From the NCBI GenBank assembly GCA_904063045.1, contig CAJFCJ010000012.1, forward strand, positions 992,001-1,056,000: 64,000 nt of DNA, read 5' to 3'. The DNA comes from Dimorphilus gyrociliatus. Its lineage: Eukaryota > Animalia > Annelida. The notes under the pieces are model-generated. The model was not told where the DNA came from. It worked only from the letters and a program-made list of their open reading frames with translations, and made no database searches. Every line of letters begins with the position of its first letter. Position 1 is the stretch's first letter. This document shows positions 1 to 13,836 of this stretch, piece by piece. The position numbers were made by a program, and so were the translations under genes.

Positions 1-902
1 TTATCAAAATATTTGTAGTCGCTGAATATGGATGAAATCTTGATTCCTATTGCTAACGAAATATTTTTCAACTTACTTTTCGGAGCATCTCGAGGCGGCA
101 TCAAACTTAGAATATTTTTTGTTCCTTTTCATACGTAGTTGACTTTGTACGTCCATTTTCACTAATAATAGATCTATCATAGATTACGCTTATTTAGTGT
201 TAAATGGAGAATAATTGAAAGGTGAGAAATACGAAAAAAGAAATACGAAGATAACTTCGAACGACGTATAATTAATATTTTTAACACACGTAAGAGTCTA
301 AAACATATGCAAATACACGTAGTCCTATTCTTTTGTTGTAAACTAATAACTGTATTTTGATATAAGTTTTCTGTATAAAATTTGAAAGCTTAATACTGCA
401 TATTATCTGTTGTATAGACCATAAAGAGAGCGGACTATAGATTTGAATTTAGTGAGTCATTAATGTATGATATCTGACAATATTAAATATTCTCATTTTA
501 TATTACCTGGATAATAGTTAACTTTACATTAGTAAAAATTAATATAATTTGAAAAATATAGTAATTTGTCACATAGAACGAACATCCAGTAAAATTAAAT
601 TAATTTTCAAAACGCACTTGGAAAAAATGGTCGTTTCCTCTACTAGGCTGGTTTCTGTTACATTTTACCTTGAAAAAGATATAATCCATAAAACGATACA
701 TAAAATTTGTGCCAAAGGTCAAATTTTATGTAAACAAAAACAAATGTTTTAAAAAAATTGCTTTATACAAAATAATCCATTCATTTGGTACTATTGTCTT
801 AATTAAATTAAAAATACTTTAACTTCTGAATAAGTCTGAATATTCATAATATGTCCAATAGCGTTTGAAAATTTATACACAACAGATGGCGTTGCCGAAC
901 AT

Positions 903-2116
903 ATGTCTGCTGTTGAACGACGATTATCTATGTTGAGTTCGAAACTTTCAATTTTTTTGAGACGCTTCAGCGTAACAGCGTCGAAAACAGCTAATCTTAA
1001 TATAGGAGGTATTTATCCACCTATTGCAACGCCATTTGATCCTTCAGAGAATATTGACTATGGAAAATTAAATGAAAATCTTAAAGTATGGGAGGCGATT
1101 CCTTTCAGGGGCTATGTTGTCCAAGGTTCAAATGCCGAAACGGCCTATCTTAAATTGGATGAAAAAGTAAATATCGTTAAACACGTAAGAGAAAATGTTC
1201 CGTCTGAGAAATTAGTTATAGCTGGTTCAGGGTGTGAATCTACTAAGGAGACAGTAGAGTCATGTCAGCGAATGTCTGAAGTTGGTGCTGATGCTGTCTT
1301 AGTCAGAAATCCTTGTTTCTATAAAGGATCCATGACTGATAAAGCTTTAATTCAACACTATAGGACTGTTGCAGATAATTGCGATATTCCAGTTATATTA
1401 TACAGCGTCCCCGCAAACACAGGTATGCAGGAAAAATCTCAAAAAATAATTATTATATAGCTCTGTCATAAATTCATAGATAGTATATTATCTATATTTT
1501 TATTTTATCAATATTCTATTTAGGTTTAGAATTGCCGGAAAATGTGATAGTTGAACTCAGCAGTCATCAAAACATTATAGGTCTAAAAGATAGTGGAGGA
1601 GATGTAAGGTGAAGCAAAATTTCAAACGAATAAATCTAATTTATCTATTATCGATCAAAATAGATTACTAAACTTGCTGGGTTAGCTTTTAGAACATCTA
1701 AGAATAACTTTCAATTATTGGCCGGTTCAGCTAGTTTTCTCCTGCCCTCATACGTTGTTGGTAATACTAAATTAATTATCAAAAAAATGTTTAAAATTAC
1801 TAAATCAATTGAATATTTTCATTGTTCCTCAGGTTGCGTAGGTGGTGTTTGCGCATTAGCAAATATTCTAGGTCAAGCTTGTTGCGATCTTGAAAAACTT
1901 TTTAAAGAAGGTAAATTCGAAGAAGCTAAACTTCTTCAACAAAGGCTTGTCGCCCCTAATCAAGCTATTACGAAGAGATTTGGCATAGCTGGTCTGAAGA
2001 GTGGTATGGATATGTTCGGTCTATATGGCGGCCCAACACGCACCCCAATTCTTCCGTTAGAAAATTCCCAGATTGAATTACTAAGAGAGGCGTTTAAGAA
2101 TAGTAATTTCATTTAG
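903..2116 (+). CDS. HOGA1: 4-hydroxy-2-oxoglutarate aldolase, mitochondrial (DapA/DHDPS family); 4 exons approx 903-1422, 1524-1603, 1664-1760, 1833-2116
   Basis: The spliced product has [33 protein letters not shown] (catalytic Tyr), GLKDSGGD (Schiff-base Lys), GGVCALAN and YGGPTRTP. The Arg/Ser-rich N-terminus resembles a mitochondrial transit peptide. Introns of 101, 60 and 72 nt are GT-AG and keep the frame. Confidence 0.95.
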
Positions 2117-3527
2117 CTAAAACATTATATATACTAATATATACATATATAGAAGTGTACCCTATGCAAAAAGGTAATTGAGGATAAACAATAAAATTAC
2201 TCTTATACGGTATATGAAAAATGTCAAACTAAGACGTCAAATATCCTCCGGCTTGAACAAGCATGTCTTCACAACAGCATTGCAACCGTATTGTTCATAC
2301 AACAATACAACGTCAATATCAGACTGGACGACCGACGTGACGCCCCCCAGAAAAAAATTTTATTATGAAGTGTGTACATTAAAGGAACGTTTAGTGTACA
2401 CACTACTTTGTCGAATTCTACCTATTAAGTAACATTTTAGAATTGTATTACGTCATTTTACGTTAAAGAGGCGTAATAGGTTTTCGTCACTTATTTTTCA
2501 GAAATTAATTTATTTTCTTTATACAAACACAGAATATTGAACAAAGTGTGTTCCAAAGCATGCATAATAAATACAATACTATCACAATTCGCTTGGATAT
2601 AAGCTTTTTTTTCTTTAAAAAAAAGATAGAGATAAAAAGTTCATTAACATCTTGCACTCTTCATACATATTTTAATATTATTATTATATTATTACAACTC
2701 TTGTTCAATCATCCTCTTCTTTGTGAGAAACCATTTCATTCGTTTTTTGCTCTTCAAATTTCAATTGACAAGCATCAATTTAAACATGGAAACAAAAAAT
2801 AAATTGACAGTTTGAGTGAATATAATGTGATCTTTTCATTGTTTAATTCACACAATACAACATATAGAATTTGTTCTTTTAAATAATAAGATAGTTAAAT
2901 AAACTAGAAGAGATTAAACTTGAAAAAAAAACGAGGTAATAAATATAACTTGACACTCGTATGTATACAAGAATAGCATAATAATTGTTTTCGTAATAAA
3001 ATATGTAAGTTACATTCATACCATTTTGTTTACTTTTTTTTTCATATTCTACCCCAACATTCATAATATTCGTACATTAATATTCTCTGAATATATTAGA
3101 CAATATATTGTACTGTATATATAAATACATATAGATACATAAGTTATCACAGATCTCGCTTGTATATATTAGGTATACACTGTATATATAAATAAAAAAT
3201 AGTATTCTTTCAGTATTTCGCTGAACTAAAGTTTACATTTTTTTCTTTTTTTTTTATCTTCATAGTTTTTGTCTGTAATCAAGAAAAAATAATATAGTTT
3301 ATTAGTAAGACAATTAAGATTATATTGGATTAAATCTCTACTGCAAAAAAAGAGGCTTAAAACTTCCGAATGATATACAATATAGTATAAATATAAGGGA
3401 CGCTTGGATGAACGCACCTGGCAAACACAGCAAACAACTAAGCTGTTTATTGTTCATCAAGCATTCTCCTCTCTCGTTCTAGCGTTTCAAGCACAATCAA
3501 GCAGTTTACGTTAATACCTTTGCATTG

Positions 3528-3551
3528 TGACGTCAGAAAAGTATGACGTCA
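3528..3551. promoter_or_regulatory. Tandem perfect CRE (CREB/ATF) sites
   Basis: TGACGTCA at 3528-3535 and 3544-3551. Confidence 0.45.
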
Positions 3552-6500
3552 TGGTAGAAAGGAAATCATTGTAACACCATCCTTACCATTGAGTGCTTAA
3601 TGAATGAAAGGGGAGGAGTGAATGAATATATTATATTGACTTCCAATGGAATATCGTTTACTTTCGCTCTAAAGTTTAGTAATAAAATCCAACTAATTGG
3701 ACAGTTTTAGATTGCGATAATGTATTTAGATTCTAGCTAATCAATTTCTAGAGCTTCCTTTAGAAATATTTCCAAATCGTAATGCATTTGCGAAGAAAGA
3801 ATGTATCGAATTTACTATACATACATATTTTATATGCAATATGCACGCATTCTTTGAAACATACTCTTTCCTTCGCTTCCTTCCGTTTATATCACAAAAG
3901 ATTTCCCCTAATGTTATTTGTCTTGTTCACGATCAGCTTTTTAATCATTTAATCACCAATTACGTCATAATACATTTGTCCAATAATCTTATCAGAGTTG
4001 TCTAAATCCCCGTTATCTATATCCCTACCCTTTGGTTGTGTACAGTATTTCTATATAAATATTAGCTTTACTGTCGATCGATTAATGTTTCTGGGAATAA
4101 AGCTGTGGGTGTGAACAGAATTTTTATTAATAGGAATGTATTAGATTTTTCAACTAAGCTGTAATCGTTATTCAGAAGAAAAAGATAACTTGGATGCAAA
4201 GAACACAGAAACATCTGCTACTTACATGAATTTTTGAACACACATGCCGAATTACTGCTAGATCACCTTTCTTAGTTATTCAACCGTGCGTGTTAAGTGG
4301 TAAGAATGAACACTGAATGGTCAGATGCGTACCAGGTTATTGATAAAAATATGGAAATAAATACTCTTTTTATGTATTAATATGCGAGATGTGGTCATAA
4401 ACATTGCGGCAACGGTTTGTCCAACAGTTCCTAACAATTTCCATGGAAACGCGGCAAACAAACTGTTTGCTAACTGATAATGAATGATATTACAAACAAG
4501 TTTGTTTGTCAACCTTCCAGGTGTATTTAATTAGGCTGATATCTGATAAGATGTTTACACGACCTGCCATAACTAGACTTAACAAACATGCTATTGACTA
4601 TATTTATATGAATATTCTTTCATTCATGAATTTCGCCTCTTGCATAAATAATATTGACATTAATAAGGTTATATTAGGGTATCTTGTATGAAAAGAGAAT
4701 TACAGTGTAGTGATGCGAAACATTTATAGGTATAATTAAATGTAAAGTCAGAAATTTTACAAGTACTTTTTCATTCAACAAGGAAATTAGAGTAATAAAA
4801 TAATTTTGATGTTCAACGGAAAAAAATGTAAATATTTCAGCATCCAACTCACGTGAAAAACTAATTTGAATAATGAATCCCGGCAACGGTGTAAATCAAT
4901 AAAAATTTCTCAATTCATTCTCATTTATCATTCAAACTACTCGAGCTTGACACTTTCTGAGCCAGGTAAAACGGAAATTAAAACGCCGTATGAACTGAAG
5001 CGGAACTTGACATTGTTCAATTGACTAGGATAAAAAAAAGAGTGATGCTCTCTTTCTTTCTATCCTCCCCTTCTATAAATGTATATTGTTGTGTGAACTT
5101 ACCAATTAAGTAGTTATAGCTTTAAACTGTTTTATTTCCCTCTAAAACCTTTTCTCTTAAATTTTTATAATTATATGAAATTAAGTATTTATAACTGCCA
5201 GATTCGACACGCATAGAAAAATCATCGTTTCAAAAAATTACACATAATAACTTTTGCGTGTTCATACAATACAAAAAAAAGTAACGCCGCTTCTTCTTTT
5301 ATTTACGGTCTTCATGAAAAAGTCTTATTCTTTTTTTAACCTATTTAAAAATTCTATTCAAGTTATATATATAAATTTATACAGTCTTTTAAAAGCTTAA
5401 TTGTGTCCAGCCTCTTTCTGAAGGACTATTAATTATTCATATTTTATTTTAAATATATACATGAATATGTATATGGACACACTTACATGTTTGGAAAAGT
5501 ATTGAAACACTCTATCTGATTACGCTGTAAAGCGATTAAGTAAACTATATTTGTACATTATTTACACAAATATCAAGTATAGAACGCGTGCATCCAGCTA
5601 ATTATCCTATTTAACTTGCGGTAAAAGGGATAATGTAAGGCGAAGGAAGTTCTAAAGGAAGCCATAATTTTCCTTAATTCAAGTTATTTTTAAGTGTTTG
5701 ACAATCGTATCAAAATAATAATATTAATAAAGAAAATTTCCACTTACCAGTTTTTTTTAATTGTTTCTATAAATATTTTTTTTCATCAGTTGTTTTCTCA
5801 TACATCAAACATTCTTGTGACTTTTTAATGGACGGATTCGATAAGGACTAGCTATTTTATAAATATCTATACGTATACATGTATAGTTATATATACATGT
5901 AGAAATAGTCAGTTATAAATAGGAATTTATTAATTTAAAATCTTTGTAGATATATCTCTTCTTCTCTTCTTCAAGTTTATTTGAGGACAATATTCTCCAA
6001 GGGAAGTATCTTTGGAAGAAAATTTTGAAAACTTCTGCCGAGACGGCGGGGTTAAACCCCAATCGTCTCTCCTGGGCAAATCCCTTAATTCTCTCTTATA
6101 GCAATTTCGAAGCAAGCAGGTAACTATGCAACGGCGCATGCGTAGGGCGGAGCTTATCGAAAATCTTTACCCGACTCTTATTAAAGCTTCGATTTTTGCA
6201 CCGTATAAATCAATGTAATCTGTTTTCCGTTACTATATAATTATATATAATCATTTCTCTATAAAATATTTATTCTTAAGAATAAAAGTCTACAAGTTTT
6301 AAAAAAATAACAGCAATGTTTACCGGAAAGAAGGAAATCTATCAAAAGTCACCTTCGTTTAAATATCTATCAAGTATAATAAAGCTATTTTTACTTTACC
6401 AACAATTACGCAATATCATATAAAAAAGAAATGTAGTCGTGAATTGAATTTAATCTCCACCTGGAGCGCTTTTTATGATATCAAAAGAAAAAAGGTGCCA

Positions 6501-9500
6501 TATGGGAAAACGCGACCGTAAAATGTCTGCGAAAAGAACGATTCTGTTTGCCAACTGCCAGGTAAACTGGGCGTCGTATTGAATACAATACCTTGACAAA
6601 CATTTCAAATGAAACGAGACATTCTGCAAATGAACGTTTTTAACTTGTTTGTTTTCTTGTAAAAAAAATACAGAATACAACATGTCTTGTTGAACGACAG
6701 TTTTACATGAATAATATAATGCCTTGTCAGCGTGTAATGTCAGGTAATCGTGCCTCGTTTTTGGGTAAGACAAGAATTACCTTGTATTTATGTAAATGCC
6801 TTCCTCCTTCATTAAACTTTCATATATAAATTGCCCTCCTATTTTTCTATTCATATAGACGCCGCTCCTCCATAGCTTTTATGTCGTAAAAAGCTACTAC
6901 TAAATAATGCTGTCCGTAATATAATCTTTATAGAAACTACAATGCAAGAAACGATGGCAGAGATGTTTCAGTATTGAAAACGTTTTTTTCTCCTGATTAT
7001 TTTATCTTTCATTTATCATCAATGGTGACGTTGAACGGTGAAAGACATCTAATATATTTCGCTACTGAATCGTTTAATGTTTCTAGCATTTAAATCAATC
7101 ACGGACTACAAAAGGGGAACTTTAACAAGAATTCTTTCTCTTATTCCCTTCGTTCAACGATTTTGTACAATAAAGGAATATCATTGAAACATCTCAGCAT
7201 GACAGCAAAGACTCAGATTAGCGCGACAACATCAAAGAGGATAACGATTATGGGAGGATGACATTTGTTCTTTCCTTTTGCAGTTAGAAAAGACGGTGAA
7301 AAAGGAACTATGGTTATAGCAATATCCGATAATTTATAAGCTTTATTTTATCACCTATGTTTGTCTTTTATATAAATTCATTTTGTTTTCAAGTGGCCAT
7401 CTTTAGTTGATTCACAAGAATCAATTGTTTATACTTTTATAGTTTATTATTGATTTCTCTTTCTATAGAAAAAGCAACAGATTAACGAAATTGTAGTTTT
7501 AATTAATTATTCGACAGAATTACTCTTGAACGATTTATAGAAAGTAATTTAAATTGAGAGGAAAAGAAAATGGAGAGAAACGTTTAAAACTCCATCTGTT
7601 GTTTATTTGCTCTATATCAACGCGATAGAGACGCCCTCTACACTATAAATAGTCATGTATATAAACAGTATATGAATACAGAAATGAAGCTATATCTACC
7701 AGGTGGCGCATGATGCCAATACAAATTGTATACGCAATAATTATGAATTATAGCTTGTTGAAAAGGTTACAAAGATCTTTAAAGCTATTCAATTTATATC
7801 ATTGACTCTTTATTAAAGAGTTTTGATAAAGTTCATGACAAAGGGAGCTTGTTGAATGCAACGAGAAAATCAATTTTATCAAGAAAACATAAAGAATCAC
7901 CTGTAAAATATTGAAAAAAAAATGAAAAAGTTTAATCGACGTTCTAAAATTATCTTGAATTTTGATTTTTCATTCAACGGGAAAGAGAAAGTATAAAGGA
8001 ATCAAATATTCTTTTATTACAGCGTTAAAGGTGCCAACTACCTCATTGCTGATTACCATCTGGTAGTTGTCATATGGAAGATTCGTGAATAATTTAATTA
8101 AGAGCCCTTACATGTTAAAATTCGATAAAATTCCCATAAAATATTATCGATTTTAATATAACTTTCATTGCTTCGAGGGTCCTTAATCTTTTTTTACAAG
8201 CTAGCTATTTTTTAGTATTTAAAACGAATGAAATGGAATCCTTTTCGCTAAATATATCTTTATAACTAGCTCCCAATAAATATTTCAATGATCGATCGAG
8301 AGTTATATTCCTATTATCTTTTTTTTCAATAGAACATATATCCACAAATGGAATTTTAGTTTCTCTAAGAACGCTTATTGCGGTGAAGAGCGAAACGTAC
8401 TTACACAATTCATAACGCGGACACAGATTCTAGTCGAGGACGAAAAGAATTTCTTGTGTTTTATAAATAAATTTATAAAATTTACGAATAGGATATCATC
8501 TATTTTTAAATTAGATAAATATATAAGAATATCAGTTTATTATATATAAGATTTATAGAAAGTGAAAGTATACGGTTAAACTAGGATTGAATGAATTTAG
8601 TAAATATTTAACATAAAATACGGTTTATTTACGTTCACGAAAAGGCTAGAGAGGAATCAAGTGATATGTAACTAATATGTTTAAAGCTTAAACAATTAAT
8701 TTTTAAGTATACTTAATGGTGGTTGAGAAAATCATGATATTTTGAAAGCAAAATTTGTAACAAGTTAATTTCAAGTCATGTATTTATAGAGGGAAAAAAA
8801 AGTTGATAGTAATAAACCTTTTAGTCTAATAAAATTAGACGTCTATGGTTAATTAACTACCCTTTTAATTAATTTAACAAAAGAAATAATGTATTTTTAT
8901 ACATTTTTAAGATAGAGGCTTGAAACTAAAATAGGCAATGAAAACGAAAGGGAGAAGATACGGATTTATTTGAGGGTAATTGATAAATTTCACAAATTGA
9001 TAAAAGTCATGCAAAGGAGAGATTTTAATCAATTCAAAAACGTCATAAATTTCATTCAAGTAAGAAAGAAATTAATTATTTTATTGTCAGTGACACTGCA
9101 CCGAAAAAAATTGAGGAAGATATAGTTTATTGTCTATGGATTATTTGAAAATTCTCTGGGGGAAGTGCGTCAGGTAATAAAATACCTGGATGTTTACCAT
9201 ATTGGTAAAAGTCGATAGAAGAGAACTCCAACTCTCAACGACATCTCATTTAATTTTCATGCCATTCCAATTCACTCGGGGGCTTTTATAATCGAGCTAC
9301 CGTTTCGTGACGGGCTCTTGTCTTGGTATAAACATATCGCCAGTCGGCTGTGACTTATTGCAAACCATAGACTTATTGAAATAAACGAATTTACTATTGT
9401 CTGGACAAATGCTATCTATTCTACCCTCTTTTGACGATGTTCTTTAAATAGTAATAAACTTTTATTTAGAAATCTATTCAAATTAGCTTTAATTAGCCGG

Positions 9501-10931
9501 CTCTACTTTATACGAATTAGAATTCACCGCAATACAGGTGTTGACGGTTTCGGGGAGCGTTCCCTCGACATTCACGCGAACATGGCGGTCGCCTTGTGCA
9601 TATTTGATGTGGTTGAGAACGACATGCTCGAACGATCCGGTCAACGCTCCGCCTACTTCTTTGTTCTTCCTTCAATCTAGCTCATTGCGTATTCTCAGGC
9701 TTTTATTCCGATTCTAGTGTTCCATTGTTCGTTTACTTCGCTTTGATGACTGACAATTGCTAAGCCTTTGTCTTCGAGCACCTGTTGCGTGTTTTATTTC
9801 AAAAAAAGTGCATCCACACCACATTAAAAATTATTAAAAAGCTGGACTATCTCCCTCAAATTTTACCTGTAGAATAATTAAAAGTCAACCTTCTATTGAG
9901 ATCTATCAATCCTTTGCATTTTTCAACTTGCCTAAAAGTCATTAACTTGCAATCATCCAATTGAAAAGGTTAACTTGTTTACAGATCCGTATCAATAGTT
10001 GCTTAAAACAAAACAAAACCTTTTATGTACTTTTTCTTCATGATAAAAATCTACTTTTAAATATTAATTCTAAAAAACTAAAAGGAATATTACTAATAAA
10101 CAAACAGTAAGAACAAACAAAAAAAAAAGATTCATCTATTTATAATTTACTATATATCTATATATCTGTATCAAAAAATGATTTTAAATTAATATATACA
10201 TATATAGATATATACAGCATATATATACTGTGTATATACTGGATAGAGATTAAACAAATTAGTGAAATTAAATTAATGAAGTTAAAATATATAAACTATT
10301 CAAAAGACATATATACTATTTATTTAAATTATATAAATAGAAATTTTTATTAATTCATCTATGATGTAACAACTTCAAAGTTTAGAATATAGAGAATTTT
10401 TACTACTGCGGCTAAGAAGCTTCTATTTTCTTTTTACCTGTTTTTGTTGTTTACTGGAACAAAATACTGTCTATATAGAAAAATATAGGATATTAATTTA
10501 TATCACGCTATAATAACTGTATATATCTGGTATATATTCTATTGTTTGTTATGTATAATAGTTTAACACTTTTTCTTACAAAGACTTTATTATTGGAAAT
10601 TTGAATAGGATTTTACTTTATTTAAGGTAATAAAAGTTATTTATTTTTGTTGGTGTTGCATCTGCTATACAGGAACATAATTCTATAAATAGTGTCATTA
10701 AAATCACCGATTTCTTTTTCCAGACATTTTTTACATTAAACTTTTAATTATAGGTTTAGTTTTATTTATTGAAAAGTTTTTTAACCTGGTTTAACGATTA
10801 TTTTAGGAGAATAACAACGCTCCTGCTGAATACCAAACAGTTATTCAAATACTCATACATATTTGAAACACCTTCAGCCGAGGCGGGCGTCACTTTGTCA
10901 TTCGACGTCACTTAAAGCGTCTACTGTCAAT

Positions 10932-12368
10932 ATGATGGTGAGTGTTTCTTTTTTAAACATATTTTTAAAAGTTACATAAGAGAGAAAGTAGGTTTTTAAT
11001 TTGGTAAATATTTTAATTAATTAAGAATAACTTGTTTAATGCAAATTTAATAAACTTATGACGAAGTCGTTTAAAACATTTATCTTTCTCTTGCTCTGTG
11101 CTTATTAGATATATAATAAATAGTATAATTGCAATGTTTCTATAGATAACGTTGAATATATTCTGAATAAATTTATGGTATCTTGTTAAATAATTTGTCA
11201 AATTTTTTACCCCAAATGATATTTCTATTTTTCATTATTTTCTAATTATTTAATATATTGTTCGCTATATGATATTTAACAAGACTTTTGTCAAATACGT
11301 AAATAATTTTCATTAGTTTTCTATCATTACTGTATAAATAAACGCTTTTAAGACTTTTATACAGTCTATAAAATTATACTTTCTAACTTGAATAAAAGAA
11401 ATTGTTTCATTTTCTAATAATAAAATAAATTCATTTAGAGCGAATTGTTCGGATCAGGATTTGAAAATTCAGCTTTGTTAACGGCTAGACCGGATTTAGT
11501 TGCGGATATGCCGAAGCATTCAACAAATGCGCAACATCCGCCGCCGTTAATGAAACCGGATTCATTCTATTCTGGAATGGGAAGTCACGGCCCAACAGGA
11601 AATTCCGGAGATCTACCTGTTTCAAGGTCTCAGCATCAGATGCACCATTTTCAAACTCATTATATGGGAAATTCTGGTATGCATGATCAAGCAATGCTCG
11701 ATCAATTAGGGGCTGTTGCTAACTCTCTTCCAGCTCCTCATCTAAGCGATCATATGCAACATCAAATGATGTATTCCCAGGCCTATAGTACCCAAGCCCC
11801 TCATCCTGTTGGACACGCTTCTTTCGGAGCTCCTCCCCATTCTTCAATTTCTCATTCTGCTATTCAGGAATTGGATTGCGATCCAAGAGAGTTAGAAGCC
11901 TTTGCCGAGCGTTTTAAACAAAGGAGAATAAAATTAGGGGTTACTCAAGCTGACGTTGGAAAGGCTTTGGGTAATTTGAAATTGCCTGGTGTCGGCTCTC
12001 TCAGTCAGAGTACAATCTGTAGATTTGAGTCTTTGACTTTGAGTCATAACAATATGATCGCTCTTAAACCAGTTTTAGCTGCCTGGTTAGATGAGGCTGA
12101 GAGGCAAGCTCGCGAAAACAACGTAACAAGAGAAATATTTCATTCGGCGGCCGACAGAAAGAGAAAGCGAACATCTATTGCAGCTCCGGAAAAAAGATCT
12201 TTGGAAGCTTACTTCGCCGTTCAACCAAGACCTTCCGGTGAGAAAATAGCTCAAATCGCAGATAAGTTGAGCTTAAAAAAGAGCGTTGTTCGAGTATGGT
12301 TTTGCAATCAACGCCAGAAGCAAAAAAGGATGAAGTTCGCTGCTTTGGGTCACCTTTCTAATCGTTGA
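10932..12368 (+). CDS. POU4: Class IV POU homeodomain transcription factor (Brn3/acj6/unc-86); ATG ATG at 10932-10937, intron 10938-11438, main exon 11439-12368
   Basis: POU-specific domain DPRELEAFAERFKQRRIKLGVTQADVG...SQSTICRFESLTLSHNNMIALKP and homeodomain RKRKRTSIAAPEKRSLEAYF...VRVWFCNQRQKQKR are diagnostic of class IV. The phase-0 splice gives MM|SELFGSGFENSALL; the start assignment is less certain than the identity. Confidence 0.95.
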
Positions 12369-13836
12369 GGGAGAGCACTAAACATTTTTATCTTTAAATT
12401 GTTTCTTTTACTTTGTTTTATCAATCATAAAAAACCTACTTAAAAATTAAATACCCTTTTTTTTTTAACAATATGGTCTAATTAATAAGGTTATAATGCT
12501 ATCACAGAAAATTATCTTTGTGCGACTATACTTGTATATTCATCTTTCCTTTCATTATTAAAATTGTAGTGCCTTGTTATTGTATCAGTCCTAAAGCCCG
12601 TCCAAGTTCTATTCAAGTTAAACAATTGGGATTGCCGTGTATACTTATCTTTTATTTTGTAAATATATCGAAAATGGTCACTTATGCATTTTTATGTACT
12701 TTCATATAGAATAAATACAGGTACATATTACGTCGGAGATAACATGAATAATAAACATTTTTGGGTTGTATTTCTAATGTTAACAATAGAAAATCAATAG
12801 CTTTATGCCATACTAAAAGTTAGCTCTAACTTAAATATGAATAACAAAAACTGGAATGTAGTTGAAAAATTATCGGCGATTGATTATGATAGATATATCA
12901 CGTAGATGGCGTCTTGTACGTAGAATATTCAAATGAGATATGAAAAGATACTAATAATTTTTACTTTTATTTCACATCTATTGAGTAAATTCTATGAATA
13001 TCAGTTTCGTTACAATTTCAAACATAAGATGATAATGATACAAATGGTATTAATAGCTAAAGAAAAGATAACAAAAATGATAAAAATATTACATAACAAA
13101 GTAATATTTAAAGTATAGTTTCTTTTAGAACAATACATTAAAAGGAATGTTAAACTTACCACAACGACTTATTTATTATCATTGAATGTTAAGATTATCC
13201 TTTAAGTAATTTCATAGATTAAAAGCAAATCTTAGGTTAAAACTTATGCATCAACTGTCTTTCGAATGTGTTTTTTTCTCTCTGCTCCTCTATTTAACGA
13301 AGAATCATACCTATTTAATAATCTAAATCATATTGTAATGATAATAAAATAAAGTATCTTAACTATTCGTTATTTATAATAATCCGAAAAGGTGTTTTTA
13401 ATTATGCAGGTTTTAATAGATTCCCATGATTAAACAGTTAGAAATATTTAAAATCAATTCTTACTAACTATAAATTATAAAAAATTTCACAACCATTTTC
13501 TATTATATCTTAATTTATTCGATTTTATTTATTTAATAAATATCTATTAAAATCTAAAATATTAATTAATTATTTGACTTATTTAGTTAAATATAATTAA
13601 TTAAAATTCTATCACATATGAATGCCTATATAGAATATACTAATAATTGATATAGATATCTGTAGCTTCGTATATAGCCTTCATTTAACTTCAATTGGAA
13701 GTGAAATTCTTTTATAATATCAAAAAACGAGCTAACACTACAGATAACCTGATTAAAAGCCTATTTAGAGAAAAAACTACTAAGAAAGGCTAAGTAGATT
13801 TTTACTATAGAATAGTCAATAGTGATAATATATCTT

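Noticed and set aside
549-5000. Many 60-85 aa ORFs (549, 2178, 2548, 2879, 3226, 4321, 4506, 4674)
   Set aside because: Low-complexity I/F/Y/K/N-rich translations typical of AT-rich non-coding DNA; no motifs or consistent splice phases.
5829-5850. TGGACGGATTCGATAAGGAC resembles miR-184
   Set aside because: The seed and 3' end are similar, but there is no complementary arm nearby to form a pre-miRNA hairpin.
6450-6773. 107-aa minus ORF and a plus-strand MGKRDRK...CQ|gt mini-exon
   Set aside because: TTG start, no motifs and no partner exons.
8205-8432. Minus-strand ORF (LRETKIPFVDIC...) with a possible acceptor at about 8432
   Set aside because: Protein-like but no recognisable homology and no upstream exon found; cannot be supported without RNA data.
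12933-13340. Possible small gene after POU4 (MRYEKILIIFTF... on plus; YDSSLNRGAERK... on minus)
   Set aside because: No splice path gives a coherent ORF on either strand.
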